Shown here: positions 8,668 to 17,705 of the stretch, in pieces
Layout of the letters: every line of letters begins with the position of its first letter
Numbering within the stretch: the stretch's first letter is position 1
IMG/VR virus record: IMGVR_UViG_3300032171_000006
Location: 1-43,861 of that record
From: a virus
Lineage: Duplodnaviria > Caudoviricetes
Length of the DNA: 43,861 nucleotides
Direction: 5' to 3' (one strand)
Notes under the pieces: generated by a model
Told to the model about the DNA's origin: nothing
Database searches by the model: none
Seen by the model: only the letters and a program-made list of their open reading frames with translations
Made by a program: the position numbers and the translations under genes

Positions 8668-9585
8668 ATGGCTACTGTTGGAACTTGGTTTGATACTTCA
8701 ACCAATAAGGATATATTTAAGAAGGTTGTCCGCAAATGGTGGGATACGACCGACCGTGAACCTCATGAGGAATGGCGGAAACTCTGTCGAGACGAAAGAA
8801 CCTCTGATGAGTATGAACGCTTTGGTCGGTTCGCTGGTCTGCCTTACGGTGGTAAGGTAGAAGAGGGCGAAGAAATTCCTATCTATTCTCCGAAGTTCGG
8901 TAGCGTCAAAGACTACGAACAGGAGATGTATGCGATGGGTTTCCGTATTACCCACAAGATGAAGAAGTTTAATAAAGTTGGCCTGATGGAGAAACTGACT
9001 AAATCCATGAAGCGGGCAATGGTAGAGCTGAAGGATGTGGAAATCTTCAAGATGTGGAACAATCCGACCTCTACTACCTATGCTGCTGGTTTCGATGGTC
9101 TGTCCATTGCGAATAATTCACACACCTGCTTGGACGATGCTGGGACGACCTATGACAACTACCTTGGTTCATCTCTGAGTTATTCTGCTCTGGATAGTGC
9201 GAAAAATTATTTCGCCTATATGTATGATGACCAGGCTAATGTCTTCAGCACCAAACCTGACCTTCTGGTTGTGAATTACCAGCTTGAACGGACAGCTTTA
9301 GAGATTGTGAAATCTGACCGTGTGCCTCAGGAAATCAGCAATACTTATAACTACTACAAAGGTTGGATTGATGTCTTCAGCTCTATTCGTCTGACTAGCT
9401 CTACCGCTTGGATTGTGTTGGCTAAGAATCATCCTGATTATGGTTATTTCGTATTGACTTCCATGGACCCTGAAGTTGTTGTTAAAGATGCCCCTGACAC
9501 CACGCTGGATACGATTGTCCTGTCGCTTCAGTATTTCAAATACGGCGTAACTGACCCGAGACACGCTTATTTCGGCAACACTTGA
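8668..9585 (+). CDS. Major capsid protein (HK97 fold, Mu gpT-like)
   Basis: EGEEI, YAMGFRIT, GFDG.SI..N.H, LS...L, PDLLVV...L...A..I..S, LTS.TAW and G..DPR motifs; strong RBS; hairpin downstream. Confidence 0.9.
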   Translation: MATVGTWFDTSTNKDIFKKVVRKWWDTTDREPHEEWRKLCRDERTSDEYERFGRFAGLPYGGKVEEGEEIPIYSPKFGSVKDYEQEMYAMGFRITHKMKKFNKVGLMEKLTKSMKRAMVELKDVEIFKMWNNPTSTTYAAGFDGLSIANNSHTCLDDAGTTYDNYLGSSLSYSALDSAKNYFAYMYDDQANVFSTKPDLLVVNYQLERTALEIVKSDRVPQEISNTYNYYKGWIDVFSSIRLTSSTAWIVLAKNHPDYGYFVLTSMDPEVVVKDAPDTTLDTIVLSLQYFKYGVTDPRHAYFGNT

Positions 9586-9589
9586 TTTT

Positions 9590-9627
9590 AAGAAGGGGGA
9601 GGGATAATTTCCTTCCCCCTCTTATTA
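9590..9627 (+). terminator. Hairpin after the MCP (weak terminator or processing stem)
   Basis: AAGAAGGGGGAGGGA / TCCTTCCCCCTCTT stem with a short U-tract. Confidence 0.6.
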
Positions 9628-9640
9628 AAGGAGGGAAAAT

Positions 9641-10225
9641 ATGGCAATTACGATACCTAGTTCATCTACGACATATACATTAGCTGGTAACTTAACTATT
9701 AGTGGAACTGCGACTCTTACTAGCCCGAAAATCAGCACTTCGATTAATGATAGCAATGGGAATGAGATTTTCAAGCTGACAGCCACTGCCAGTGCGGTTA
9801 ATGAGTTTACTGTTGCTAATGCTGCTACTGGTAATGCTCCCACCATTTCAGCGACGGGTAGCGATACAAATATTGATATTAAGTTGACGCCCAAAGGAAC
9901 TGGTAATTTAGTTCTTGGTGCTGGGAATATTAAGTTCTCGGCCAGCGGGAAAGGCATTCTGGATAATAACGGTAACGAGCAGTTACTGTTTACTACGACT
10001 GCTTCTGCTGTCAATTATATCAATATTACCAATGCTGCCACAGGTGGGGCTGTTGAGATTGCTGCTGCTGGTGATGACACTGATATTGATTTGAAACTTA
10101 GCCCGAAAGGCAGTGGTTATGTTCAGTTTGGAACTCACACAGCTCTTGGTGCTGAAACATTGAGTGGTTACATTACGATTAAGGATTCTGGCGGAACACT
10201 TCGTAAGATTGGAGTTATATCATAA
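9641..10225 (+). CDS. Head or tail fibre-like protein with two internal repeats
   Basis: Two copies of I.D.NGNE....T.TASAVN.....NAATG....I.A.G.DT.ID.KL.PKG.G. Confidence 0.75.
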   Translation: MAITIPSSSTTYTLAGNLTISGTATLTSPKISTSINDSNGNEIFKLTATASAVNEFTVANAATGNAPTISATGSDTNIDIKLTPKGTGNLVLGAGNIKFSASGKGILDNNGNEQLLFTTTASAVNYINITNAATGGAVEIAAAGDDTDIDLKLSPKGSGYVQFGTHTALGAETLSGYITIKDSGGTLRKIGVIS

Positions 10226-10232
10226 TGGAACT

Positions 10233-10255
10233 GGGGCGGGTCTCCGCCCCTTTTT
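10233..10255 (+). terminator. Rho-independent terminator
   Basis: GGGGCGG-GTCT-CCGCCCC-TTTTT. Confidence 0.8.
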
Positions 10256-10273
10256 CCATTTCTGGAGGTAGAT

Positions 10274-10462
10274 ATGGGAAAGACTTTGGATGAACGGTTG
10301 GCTGAAATTCAGAGTGAAATGTTAAGTATTGGTGGTGAATACCAAAGGTTATTAGGGCAAAGAGAAGCTATTAACCAAAGGATTGATGAATTAATGCTAG
10401 CTCATGCCCGCTTGGAAGGTATATATTCATTGATTCTGGAATTAAAGAAAGAACAGGATTAA
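10274..10462 (+). CDS. Coiled-coil protein (possible fibre chaperone)
   Basis: Heptads; RLEGIYSLILELKKE resembles the C-terminus of 13726-13914. Confidence 0.65.
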   Translation: MGKTLDERLAEIQSEMLSIGGEYQRLLGQREAINQRIDELMLAHARLEGIYSLILELKKEQD

Positions 10463-10749
10463 TGGGTTATTGGGTCGAAGATAAGGAGACTGGCGGGCTT
10501 AGGTGTAAGTTTACACCTCATTGTTGGTTTTGTGAAACCTTTATGGAGTTCTCCAATATAAAGGTTCATAATTTTGAGGTTTCAGGAATAGAGAATCGAA
10601 GTTTTGCGATGGACGTCGAGATGATTTGTCCAAAATGTGGTAGTTGGGATGTATTTGGCGTAGCAATATCAAGGAGTCAATATGAAAAAATTTATAAAGA
10701 AATTACTGGCAAAGATTCAGCGGAAGAACAAAATATTCCCGTTAATTAA
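10462..10749 (+). CDS. Zn-ribbon protein
   Basis: CWFC ... CPKC. Confidence 0.75.
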   Translation: MGYWVEDKETGGLRCKFTPHCWFCETFMEFSNIKVHNFEVSGIENRSFAMDVEMICPKCGSWDVFGVAISRSQYEKIYKEITGKDSAEEQNIPVN

Positions 10750-11101
10750 TACGACTTGGCGAAGGACTAATGATATTATCGGGCATGAACCTTTATTCGA
10801 GATTAAATGTCGATTTTGTGGCTCTCGGATGATTCTAAGATATAGCCACGTTATAATGAAAGATGTTTGGTCTTGGGCGACCAACAAACCATCTAACAGC
10901 TTAGGATTTAAATGTCCTGAGTGTGCTTGGTTTGTTAGGTTTTATGTAGAGGATGAACCTGAATATCTAAAAAAAATTTTGGATTTAAGAAATGGAGCTA
11001 ACATTTTTTATCCACGTTATAAGGAATGGGCTGAAGAAGATAAAAGAATTGCTGAGCAGTTACAGGCACTTGGCTATTGGGGTGGCCGAGATGATGTATG
11101 A
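10682..11101 (+). CDS. Zn-ribbon protein (probable paralog of upstream gene)
   Basis: CRFC ... CPEC with similar spacing. Confidence 0.75.
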   Translation: MKKFIKKLLAKIQRKNKIFPLINTTWRRTNDIIGHEPLFEIKCRFCGSRMILRYSHVIMKDVWSWATNKPSNSLGFKCPECAWFVRFYVEDEPEYLKKILDLRNGANIFYPRYKEWAEEDKRIAEQLQALGYWGGRDDV

Positions 11102-12257
11102 ACCGATAATAGAAAAATTAAAAACTGTTGTAAAAAGTATAGCAAAGGTAAAACGACCAAAGAAAATTGATGTTTGTAAATTCCCTGTAAATAAAGTTAA
11201 TTACATTATTGGCTGGTCTCATGGATATGAGAACCTAGCTATGAAGTTTAAGGGCGAAAATTTTAACTATAAGCTCTGGGATAAACTAGCTGACCTAATG
11301 GCGAAATATGTTAACGCTATTAGGTTTTTTGCCTATATTTCGGAAAATAACTTTTATATCAGAAACAGCTTCTTGCCATTTCAGAAACAAGGCGATAAAT
11401 ACGATTTAAGAAAGTTGGATAAAAAATATATCGAAGAAATCAAAAAACGATTAGATAGTTATCACAAGAGAAAAATAACAACCATTATTTGTTTGGCGTC
11501 TTCAATTAAAGCTCACCGATGGCGAACCTGTCCATTTAACGGGCGAAACAATATTAATGGCACAACTGAAGATGTTAAGCGATTTTATGATGACAAAAAA
11601 ACTGTTCAAGTGTTTTTGAAATACTTAACCAATATGGTTAAAGAATTTGATAATGATTATGTCATCTGGGAATTGGTTAATGAACCCAATGAAAGTAATA
11701 TTGATTCATTGGTTAAATGGTATAAAAAAGCGATAAGAAAATTGGTTTCCTTGGGCGTTCCTTATAATCGGATTGCGATAGAGAAATTTAATTCGTCAAA
11801 ATTACTAGAATTTACTGACCTTGGAATCTGGATTTTTTGGCATGGGGTTAATTCTGTCGAGACGTTAAAACGATTTTTACGGCCAGGAACTGAAATGCGG
11901 GCGTTATATGATAGTAGCAAATCTAAATTCTGTGCTTCGGCCGATGGGGCTGACTATATGAAGAAAGCGATGGGTTTACTTCCTAATTGGTGGAGTAAAC
12001 AATTTAGGCGGGCTAGTTCAAGACAGATGGGGCATATGATTAGATACGACAAAGTAAAACGAGGTAATGGAATAGAATTTATGTCAGCGTCTGCCTTCCT
12101 TGATGGTAAGTGGCCTAATTTAAGGACGGTTATAAAGATAGCATCTAAAGGATTAACTAAACAAAAATGTAAAGTTTTAGATGTTGATTATCATGAGAAT
12201 CGTCGGCCAGAATTAAAAGCTATAAATGGTAAAGGGCTTTTTAAATGCTTAAATTAA
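11091..12257 (+). CDS. Glycoside hydrolase-like TIM barrel (clan GH-A, GH5-like)
   Basis: NAIRFF, VIWELVNEP acid/base motif, FWHG; probable start 11091 or 11094. Confidence 0.65.
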   Translation: MMYEPIIEKLKTVVKSIAKVKRPKKIDVCKFPVNKVNYIIGWSHGYENLAMKFKGENFNYKLWDKLADLMAKYVNAIRFFAYISENNFYIRNSFLPFQKQGDKYDLRKLDKKYIEEIKKRLDSYHKRKITTIICLASSIKAHRWRTCPFNGRNNINGTTEDVKRFYDDKKTVQVFLKYLTNMVKEFDNDYVIWELVNEPNESNIDSLVKWYKKAIRKLVSLGVPYNRIAIEKFNSSKLLEFTDLGIWIFWHGVNSVETLKRFLRPGTEMRALYDSSKSKFCASADGADYMKKAMGLLPNWWSKQFRRASSRQMGHMIRYDKVKRGNGIEFMSASAFLDGKWPNLRTVIKIASKGLTKQKCKVLDVDYHENRRPELKAINGKGLFKCLN

Positions 12258-12733
12258 ATTTTGATATAAAAGAAACCGATGCCAAAGAAGAAAAGTGGCA
12301 TGATGCTCCATGGACGGGAAAGTTTGTTAAAAAGTATCAGATGCACTTCAATAGCGGTTCTACTGAGCCACAAGCTGGTGAAACATTGACAGGGGCTGAT
12401 TCAGGAACTACAGCGGTGGTTTCCAGTGTTTCGGTATGTTCTGGGTCATGGGCTAACGGAGATGCTGCTGGAACAATTACTTTTACTTCAGCGGGGTCTG
12501 ACCAGTTTACAGCGGGCGAACAAATTAATGGAAGTGTTGGTGGGAATAATATGTTAACCTGCCTTGCTAGTGTTCAAGCTGGGCATGGGTTACTTCATCC
12601 CATGTCTAACATGACTAAGCGGGATGGTAAATGGTGGACTTCAGAACTTTATGATTGGTATTATCGCAAGCGTGATGAAAGCGATGCTGATATTGATGTT
12701 TCTGAAACAGATAGAGGAAAAGAGGAACCATGA
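12245..12733 (+). CDS. Virion protein with a G/S/T-rich beta domain
   Basis: GETLTGADSGTTAVV...SGSWANGDAAGTI...F.AGEQI motif of phage tail/structural domains. Confidence 0.6.
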   Translation: MLKLNFDIKETDAKEEKWHDAPWTGKFVKKYQMHFNSGSTEPQAGETLTGADSGTTAVVSSVSVCSGSWANGDAAGTITFTSAGSDQFTAGEQINGSVGGNNMLTCLASVQAGHGLLHPMSNMTKRDGKWWTSELYDWYYRKRDESDADIDVSETDRGKEEP

Positions 12734-13035
12734 GTGATACAATCTTAGAGAAAATCAAGCCTTTGCCTGGTAAAATGTATGTTAAGGTGGATGACAGGAC
12801 AAAGTCTATGGGACGAATTATTGTGCCAGAGCAGTATAGCCAGCTAAGTGAGACGGGAACGATAATCAAGATTAACGAGGATAAAGAAACTAAGGAAGCT
12901 GGTTTAAAAGAGGGGCAGCGGATTCTTTTTACTTTCTATGCTGGTGTTCATATCCAGTTACCAGAGACTTATACCGAGTCTCATCTTCATCGGATTTTAG
13001 CCCCGAATGAAGTATTAGCTATAATCGAGGAATAA
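12730..13035 (+). CDS. groES: GroES-like co-chaperonin
   Basis: IKPL.....V, GRIIVP mobile loop, GTII, LKEGQRILF..YAG and EVLAII motifs. Confidence 0.85.
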   Translation: MSDTILEKIKPLPGKMYVKVDDRTKSMGRIIVPEQYSQLSETGTIIKINEDKETKEAGLKEGQRILFTFYAGVHIQLPETYTESHLHRILAPNEVLAIIEE

Positions 13036-13036
13036 A

Positions 13037-13729
13037 ATGGGAGCTTATACTTTCTCTAATTTCAAGGCTTATTTAAAGCTGATGATGGGGCAGCGTTCTG
13101 ACCTCGAAAGTGTAAACTCTACCAATATGTATGGGGTCTGGATTAATGCTGCCTATATAGATATAGCGACCAAGAAAACATTACTTGGCACAAAAGCTGG
13201 GTTTTACTTTCCTCAGTTAGAGACGGTAGATACCAGCCAATCTACTGCGGACGGAACAGCCTACGTCAATGTGCCGTCAGATTGTCTAACAGTTAGACAA
13301 ATCTACGACGCTACAAACGATAGAGAACTTTCTTATATTCCGCCACAGACTTACTTTGCTTATACCGACCGTTCGGATACTTCGGCGGAAAGTGAACCGA
13401 CAGAGTGGACAAGGCATGGAACAAAAATCTATCTTCATCCGACGCCCGATGATGCTTATACACTCCATATCTATTACAAAAAAATCCCATCTTTATTAAG
13501 TGGGGATTCTGATACCACCGTCTTGGATGATGCGTGGGATGAGCCAATTCTTTATTTAGCTGCCTACAAGGCATCTGTTTGGCTTCATGAAAGCGATGAT
13601 ATGAAAACCTATAAGGAAGCCTTTTTAGACCAGATAGCTGGTCTTATTGGGCTTTATGATAGCGAAGAGGAAGCAAGGACTGGACGATTTCAACCTAGTA
13701 TTCTGTATCGTAAAGGGGGATATGAATGA
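13037..13729 (+). CDS. Head-tail adaptor (tail tubular protein A-like)
   Basis: WIN.A..DI, P.DCL, G.KIYLHPTPD.AYTL.IYY and ILY.A motifs. Confidence 0.8.
   Translation: MGAYTFSNFKAYLKLMMGQRSDLESVNSTNMYGVWINAAYIDIATKKTLLGTKAGFYFPQLETVDTSQSTADGTAYVNVPSDCLTVRQIYDATNDRELSYIPPQTYFAYTDRSDTSAESEPTEWTRHGTKIYLHPTPDDAYTLHIYYKKIPSLLSGDSDTTVLDDAWDEPILYLAAYKASVWLHESDDMKTYKEAFLDQIAGLIGLYDSEEEARTGRFQPSILYRKGGYE
13283..13299. promoter_or_regulatory. Dispersed palindrome copy 2
   Basis: TTGTCTAAC-A-GTTAGACAA inside the adaptor CDS. Confidence 0.65.
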
Positions 13730-13914
13730 TAGATATAAAGAAGAAATTGGAAGAAGTGGACAAGAGATTTAAGCAGCTAAAGGAACAAAGAGAATTGCTT
13801 TTACAGCAAATTGAACAAACAAACGCCGAACTTCTAAGGTTACAAGGGGAGTATCGGCTTTTATTAAAATTAAAGGAGGAAAATAATGGCAGCAGTAACA
13901 ACTCAAAGCGGTAA
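13726..13914 (+). CDS. Coiled-coil protein
   Basis: Heptads; LQGEYRLL motif. Confidence 0.7.
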   Translation: MIDIKKKLEEVDKRFKQLKEQRELLLQQIEQTNAELLRLQGEYRLLLKLKEENNGSSNNSKR

Positions 13915-14209
13915 TATAATTGAAGTTTCTTACCAGACTTCTGGTAGCGATTGGGATTATACTGATACTGGTTTAGATAGACTTAAAGTTAAAGCAATCT
14001 TTTGGCATCCGACAGCAGCGGGGGATATTTTACATATTAGAGAAGGAAGTAATAGCGGGCCAGCGATTGTTTATACTCAGGCTTCAGCAGCTAGTGATAC
14101 TAAGGCTTTTTATTTTGACGATGGTGTTTGGATGAAACCTTATATCCAGCTTTCTGACCAAACTTTCGGAACAGTAACGGCTACTACGATTATTTTTGTA
14201 TTAGCATAA
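13886..14209 (+). CDS. Small beta-sandwich virion protein
   Basis: AGGAGG RBS; beta-rich, located in the structural module. Confidence 0.65.
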   Translation: MAAVTTQSGNIIEVSYQTSGSDWDYTDTGLDRLKVKAIFWHPTAAGDILHIREGSNSGPAIVYTQASAASDTKAFYFDDGVWMKPYIQLSDQTFGTVTATTIIFVLA

Positions 14210-14210
14210 G

Positions 14211-14627
14211 ATGGCATTAGTTCAATCTACTGGACAAATAGTTAATGAAGGATTTATTGTTACTGGTAGATGTTTATATGATTCAGATGCCAGTCATCCT
14301 TTATACGTAGCTTATGGAACGGGAACTACTGCTGTTTCCTCTAGCGATACTTCCCTGGAAAGTGAAGTAGATAGAGTTTTAGCTACGGCCACAGAAGAAA
14401 CAGATTATGTCGCAGAAGCCACTACTATTTTAGGCCAATCAGTAGTTTTATCGGCCAGTTTTAGTATAACCTCTGATGTCACCCCGACTGAAGTAGGAGT
14501 ATTTGATGCGTCTAGCGGGGGGAATATGCTTTATCGGGCAGTAATTCCTCTTGCTGATAGACGGAATTTAGTTACGGGTGATACATGGGTAGTTAATATA
14601 TGTCTTAAACCAGAGCAAGGAACATGA
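14211..14627 (+). CDS. Tail collar/fibre-anchor-like protein
   Basis: YVAYGTGT......DTSL.SE..R and EVGVFDASSGGNML.R motifs. Confidence 0.7.
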   Translation: MALVQSTGQIVNEGFIVTGRCLYDSDASHPLYVAYGTGTTAVSSSDTSLESEVDRVLATATEETDYVAEATTILGQSVVLSASFSITSDVTPTEVGVFDASSGGNMLYRAVIPLADRRNLVTGDTWVVNICLKPEQGT

Positions 14628-15013
14628 TAACTAATACAGGACTTTCGGAAATTTGTAAGCTATTAGGTAATTTGTCTAATGGCACAGAGTTTACCTATAT
14701 AGCGTATGGTACTGGAACTGGAGCTGAAAGTTCTAGTGATACAACCTTAGGAAGTGAGACAGACAGGGGACTAGCGACCATGGAACTTGTTTCCACTTTA
14801 GCTCCTCAGGATACAGTTAAATGGTATCGTTACTTTATCACAGATAGTGATGTAACAATTGCTGAAGTTGGGGTTTTTAATGCTTCCTCAGGCGGGGATA
14901 TGTTAGGGCGGAAATTATTAAGTCCGACTGTATTCGCTGGAAAGGGAAGTGTAATTTATGTAGAGTTTAAAGCCATGATTTCTGATGGGGGGTATAGTGG
15001 CGGTTCGACCTAA
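14624..15013 (+). CDS. Tail collar/fibre-anchor-like protein (paralog)
   Basis: ITNTG, YIAYGTGT...DTTL.SE..R and EVGVFNASSGGDML.R motifs. Confidence 0.7.
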   Translation: MITNTGLSEICKLLGNLSNGTEFTYIAYGTGTGAESSSDTTLGSETDRGLATMELVSTLAPQDTVKWYRYFITDSDVTIAEVGVFNASSGGDMLGRKLLSPTVFAGKGSVIYVEFKAMISDGGYSGGST

Positions 15014-15914
15014 GCTCTCTGTTTCGATGATAGTCAGGAACGAGCAAGAGAATATTGCTCAGTGTCTTAGTTCGGTTAAAGGGGCGGATGAGATAGTTGT
15101 TGTAGATACGGGTTCAGAAGATGAAACAGTTAAGATAGCAGAGAATATGGGGGCTAAGGTATTTCTTTTTCCTTGGCGTGATAATTTTGCTGAAGCGTAT
15201 AATTTCGCTGATTCTAGATGCTCTGGTGATTGGATTCTTTCAATAGATGCTGACGAGAGATTAGAAGAAGGCGGAATAAAAAAGATAAGAAAGATAATTA
15301 AAGACGAGCAATCAGATTATATTGATTGTAAGATAGAATACGAGAAAAGTTATCATTATTTCCCCAAGCTAATAAGGAAGACTGATTATAATTATTGGAT
15401 TGGGGCTGCTCATCGAACATTAGTCGGTAGGTGGCGATGGAATAAAAGAGATATTACGATTTATGCTCATAGAAGCGTTAGCCATCGTAAAGACCCAGAT
15501 AGAACACTTAGGATTTTAAAGCGGGAATTAGAGAAATATCCTGAGTTATTGAGAGAACGCTTTTTTTATGCGATGGAATTAACGGTTAGGCAGAAATGGT
15601 TCGAAGCGTTATCTCAGTTCAAGATTTTTCTTTCTAACCTTTCTTCGGATTGGTTGGAAGAAGAGATAAAGAAGGCTCATGTAGCTGAAGCTCATTTAAT
15701 GTGTGCCAAGATATATAGACAGCTTAATTGTATGATTGAGTCTAGGGCTTCAGCGATTAAGGCTTTAGATATAGCGCCTGAGTTTAGGGAAGCAGCCGAT
15801 TATTTAGCCTTTATTTCTCATGGACGAGAGAGAGAAGAATATTTAATGATTAAAAAAGAATTGACCAATGAAGGTGTCCTTTTCATAAGGAAGGGTGATT
15901 GGTGCGATGCCTAA
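14985..15914 (+). CDS. Glycosyltransferase family 2 with TPR-like C-terminus
   Basis: LSVSMIVRNE, DEIVVVDTGS.D.T, W.DNFA.A.N and WILSIDADE (DxD) motifs; helical C-terminus. Confidence 0.92.
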   Translation: MGGIVAVRPKLSVSMIVRNEQENIAQCLSSVKGADEIVVVDTGSEDETVKIAENMGAKVFLFPWRDNFAEAYNFADSRCSGDWILSIDADERLEEGGIKKIRKIIKDEQSDYIDCKIEYEKSYHYFPKLIRKTDYNYWIGAAHRTLVGRWRWNKRDITIYAHRSVSHRKDPDRTLRILKRELEKYPELLRERFFYAMELTVRQKWFEALSQFKIFLSNLSSDWLEEEIKKAHVAEAHLMCAKIYRQLNCMIESRASAIKALDIAPEFREAADYLAFISHGREREEYLMIKKELTNEGVLFIRKGDWCDA

Positions 15915-17193
15915 ATTTGTTTTTCATATAAACCCCTTAGAGCATGGGTATGATTCTAGCCGACCCATGTCTAAGATGAATCCTTTATTTGCTAATTATC
16001 CGACCATTAATTGTCGAATTGAAGATAATAGGGTAATTAAACGCTGGGGATATTCATTAGATAGGAATTTAGGTGTTGGGACAGTCGGACAACATGTAGT
16101 TGTTTTTGATAAAGCAGCCAGCACTACTTATACCTTATTCCTTACTGAGACTGACCTTTGTAAACGGGAGAGTGGGTCGGGAAAAACTTTTTCTTATCAG
16201 ACCGAAACTTATACGACAGGAACAATAACAGATATTACTGGGGCAGTAGTAACAGGAAGCGGAACAAGCTGGACAACATCGGGCGTGGCTGCGGGCGATT
16301 ATTTTATCCTTGATGTTGACCATTCTTCCGATGCTGAACCCGATACTAATTGGGCGACAATCCAGTCTGTGGATTCGGATACACAAATAACTTTGAGTAG
16401 TAATTACACAGGAACAACTGGCGTTTTAAGTAATACTTATAAGATTCGGAAAGTTTATTCTGTGCCAAGTAATGAACGCTGGGCATGGACAATAGTTGGG
16501 GATAAATTCATTTTTACTAATGGTAATGTAGATGTTCAATACTGGGATGGAAGCGGGTATGCTTCAGCATTAGATAGCACTTATGCTAAGAAGGCCAGAT
16601 ATTGTATTGAATATGCGAATAGACTCTTCTTGGCCGATGTAGAGATTTCAGGAAGCAGAGAACCTTATACCATTATGTGGTCGAAAGAAGGTGACCCCAC
16701 AACTTTCGACCCTGCGGAGCAAACTGCTGGACAGGCTGATATTCTTGATACAGCAACCAAGATAACTGGCTTAGGCAAGGTAGGAACTAATTTAGTGGTT
16801 TATCAGGAAGAAGCTATTAGTGTTTGGGGGAGAACTGGGGTAGCATCTTCACCTGTAACCAGATTGAGTTATTTAACTGGAATAGGGCTTTATGCTCCAT
16901 ATAGCTTGGTTCATTTTTTAAGCACTAACGCTTTTTTAGGGCGTGATGATTTTTATATAATGGTTGGCACAGCACCGCAACCAATTGGAGAGAAGATTAG
17001 GCATTTATTTTTTGATTTAGTTGATGAGAATGAGTTACAGAAAGTATGGGCGGTTAATTTTAAAAGAAAGAATGAAATTTCCTGGTTTGCTAATACCAGC
17101 GATGGTTTATTAGCGTTTACTTGGAATTATAAAAATAAAGAATGGTCAATTTATCAATTTGACGATGTTATTAATGGGGCGGGGACACTCTAA
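15907..17193 (+). CDS. Tail nozzle/stabilisation protein (beta-propeller), N-terminal part
   Basis: FTNG....Q.WDG, NRLFLA, IMWS..GDP, ITGL, GIG..AP.S and IGEKI motifs. Confidence 0.8.
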   Translation: MPKFVFHINPLEHGYDSSRPMSKMNPLFANYPTINCRIEDNRVIKRWGYSLDRNLGVGTVGQHVVVFDKAASTTYTLFLTETDLCKRESGSGKTFSYQTETYTTGTITDITGAVVTGSGTSWTTSGVAAGDYFILDVDHSSDAEPDTNWATIQSVDSDTQITLSSNYTGTTGVLSNTYKIRKVYSVPSNERWAWTIVGDKFIFTNGNVDVQYWDGSGYASALDSTYAKKARYCIEYANRLFLADVEISGSREPYTIMWSKEGDPTTFDPAEQTAGQADILDTATKITGLGKVGTNLVVYQEEAISVWGRTGVASSPVTRLSYLTGIGLYAPYSLVHFLSTNAFLGRDDFYIMVGTAPQPIGEKIRHLFFDLVDENELQKVWAVNFKRKNEISWFANTSDGLLAFTWNYKNKEWSIYQFDDVINGAGTL

Positions 17194-17705
17194 TGGCTAC
17201 ATACACAGATTATTTTCAGCGTGATATAGCAGTAACGGATTCTGCTAGCGTCGTTGATTTAGGCCAGATTTATTATGATTATATAATTGGCGAGAACGGG
17301 CAGGTATTCCTTTATGGCGACTTTGAAAGCGATGCGGGGGAAAAGATAAAAGCTACCTGGGTAAGTAAAGCATTAGATTTTTCAGACGCCGACCCAAAAT
17401 TAGGTGATATTTTTAAAACAGTAGATAAAGTAAGATTAGAATATCGAGATGTATCGGCTAATACGCCAGTAACAATTTATATTAGCACTGATAATGGGGT
17501 TACTTGGGTTAGTAGCTCAAGGACACTCGGAACGGGCGATGGTAAAGTAAAGACTGCTGATTTTTATTTTCTTGACCAAACTAGCGGAATTACGGGACTT
17601 TATTTTATGTTTAAAATTGAATCAGAATCAGCGTCCACTAAGTTTGAATGGAATAGCTTAAAGGCGTTTGTTACGCCTAGGGGTGAATGGTTTGAGGTAA
17701 GTTAA
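17193..17705 (+). CDS. Nozzle C-terminal-like domain as a separate gene
   Basis: D.G..I.A.W.SK.LDF.....FK.V and STDNG.TW motifs; TAATG coupling. Confidence 0.65.
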   Translation: MATYTDYFQRDIAVTDSASVVDLGQIYYDYIIGENGQVFLYGDFESDAGEKIKATWVSKALDFSDADPKLGDIFKTVDKVRLEYRDVSANTPVTIYISTDNGVTWVSSSRTLGTGDGKVKTADFYFLDQTSGITGLYFMFKIESESASTKFEWNSLKAFVTPRGEWFEVS

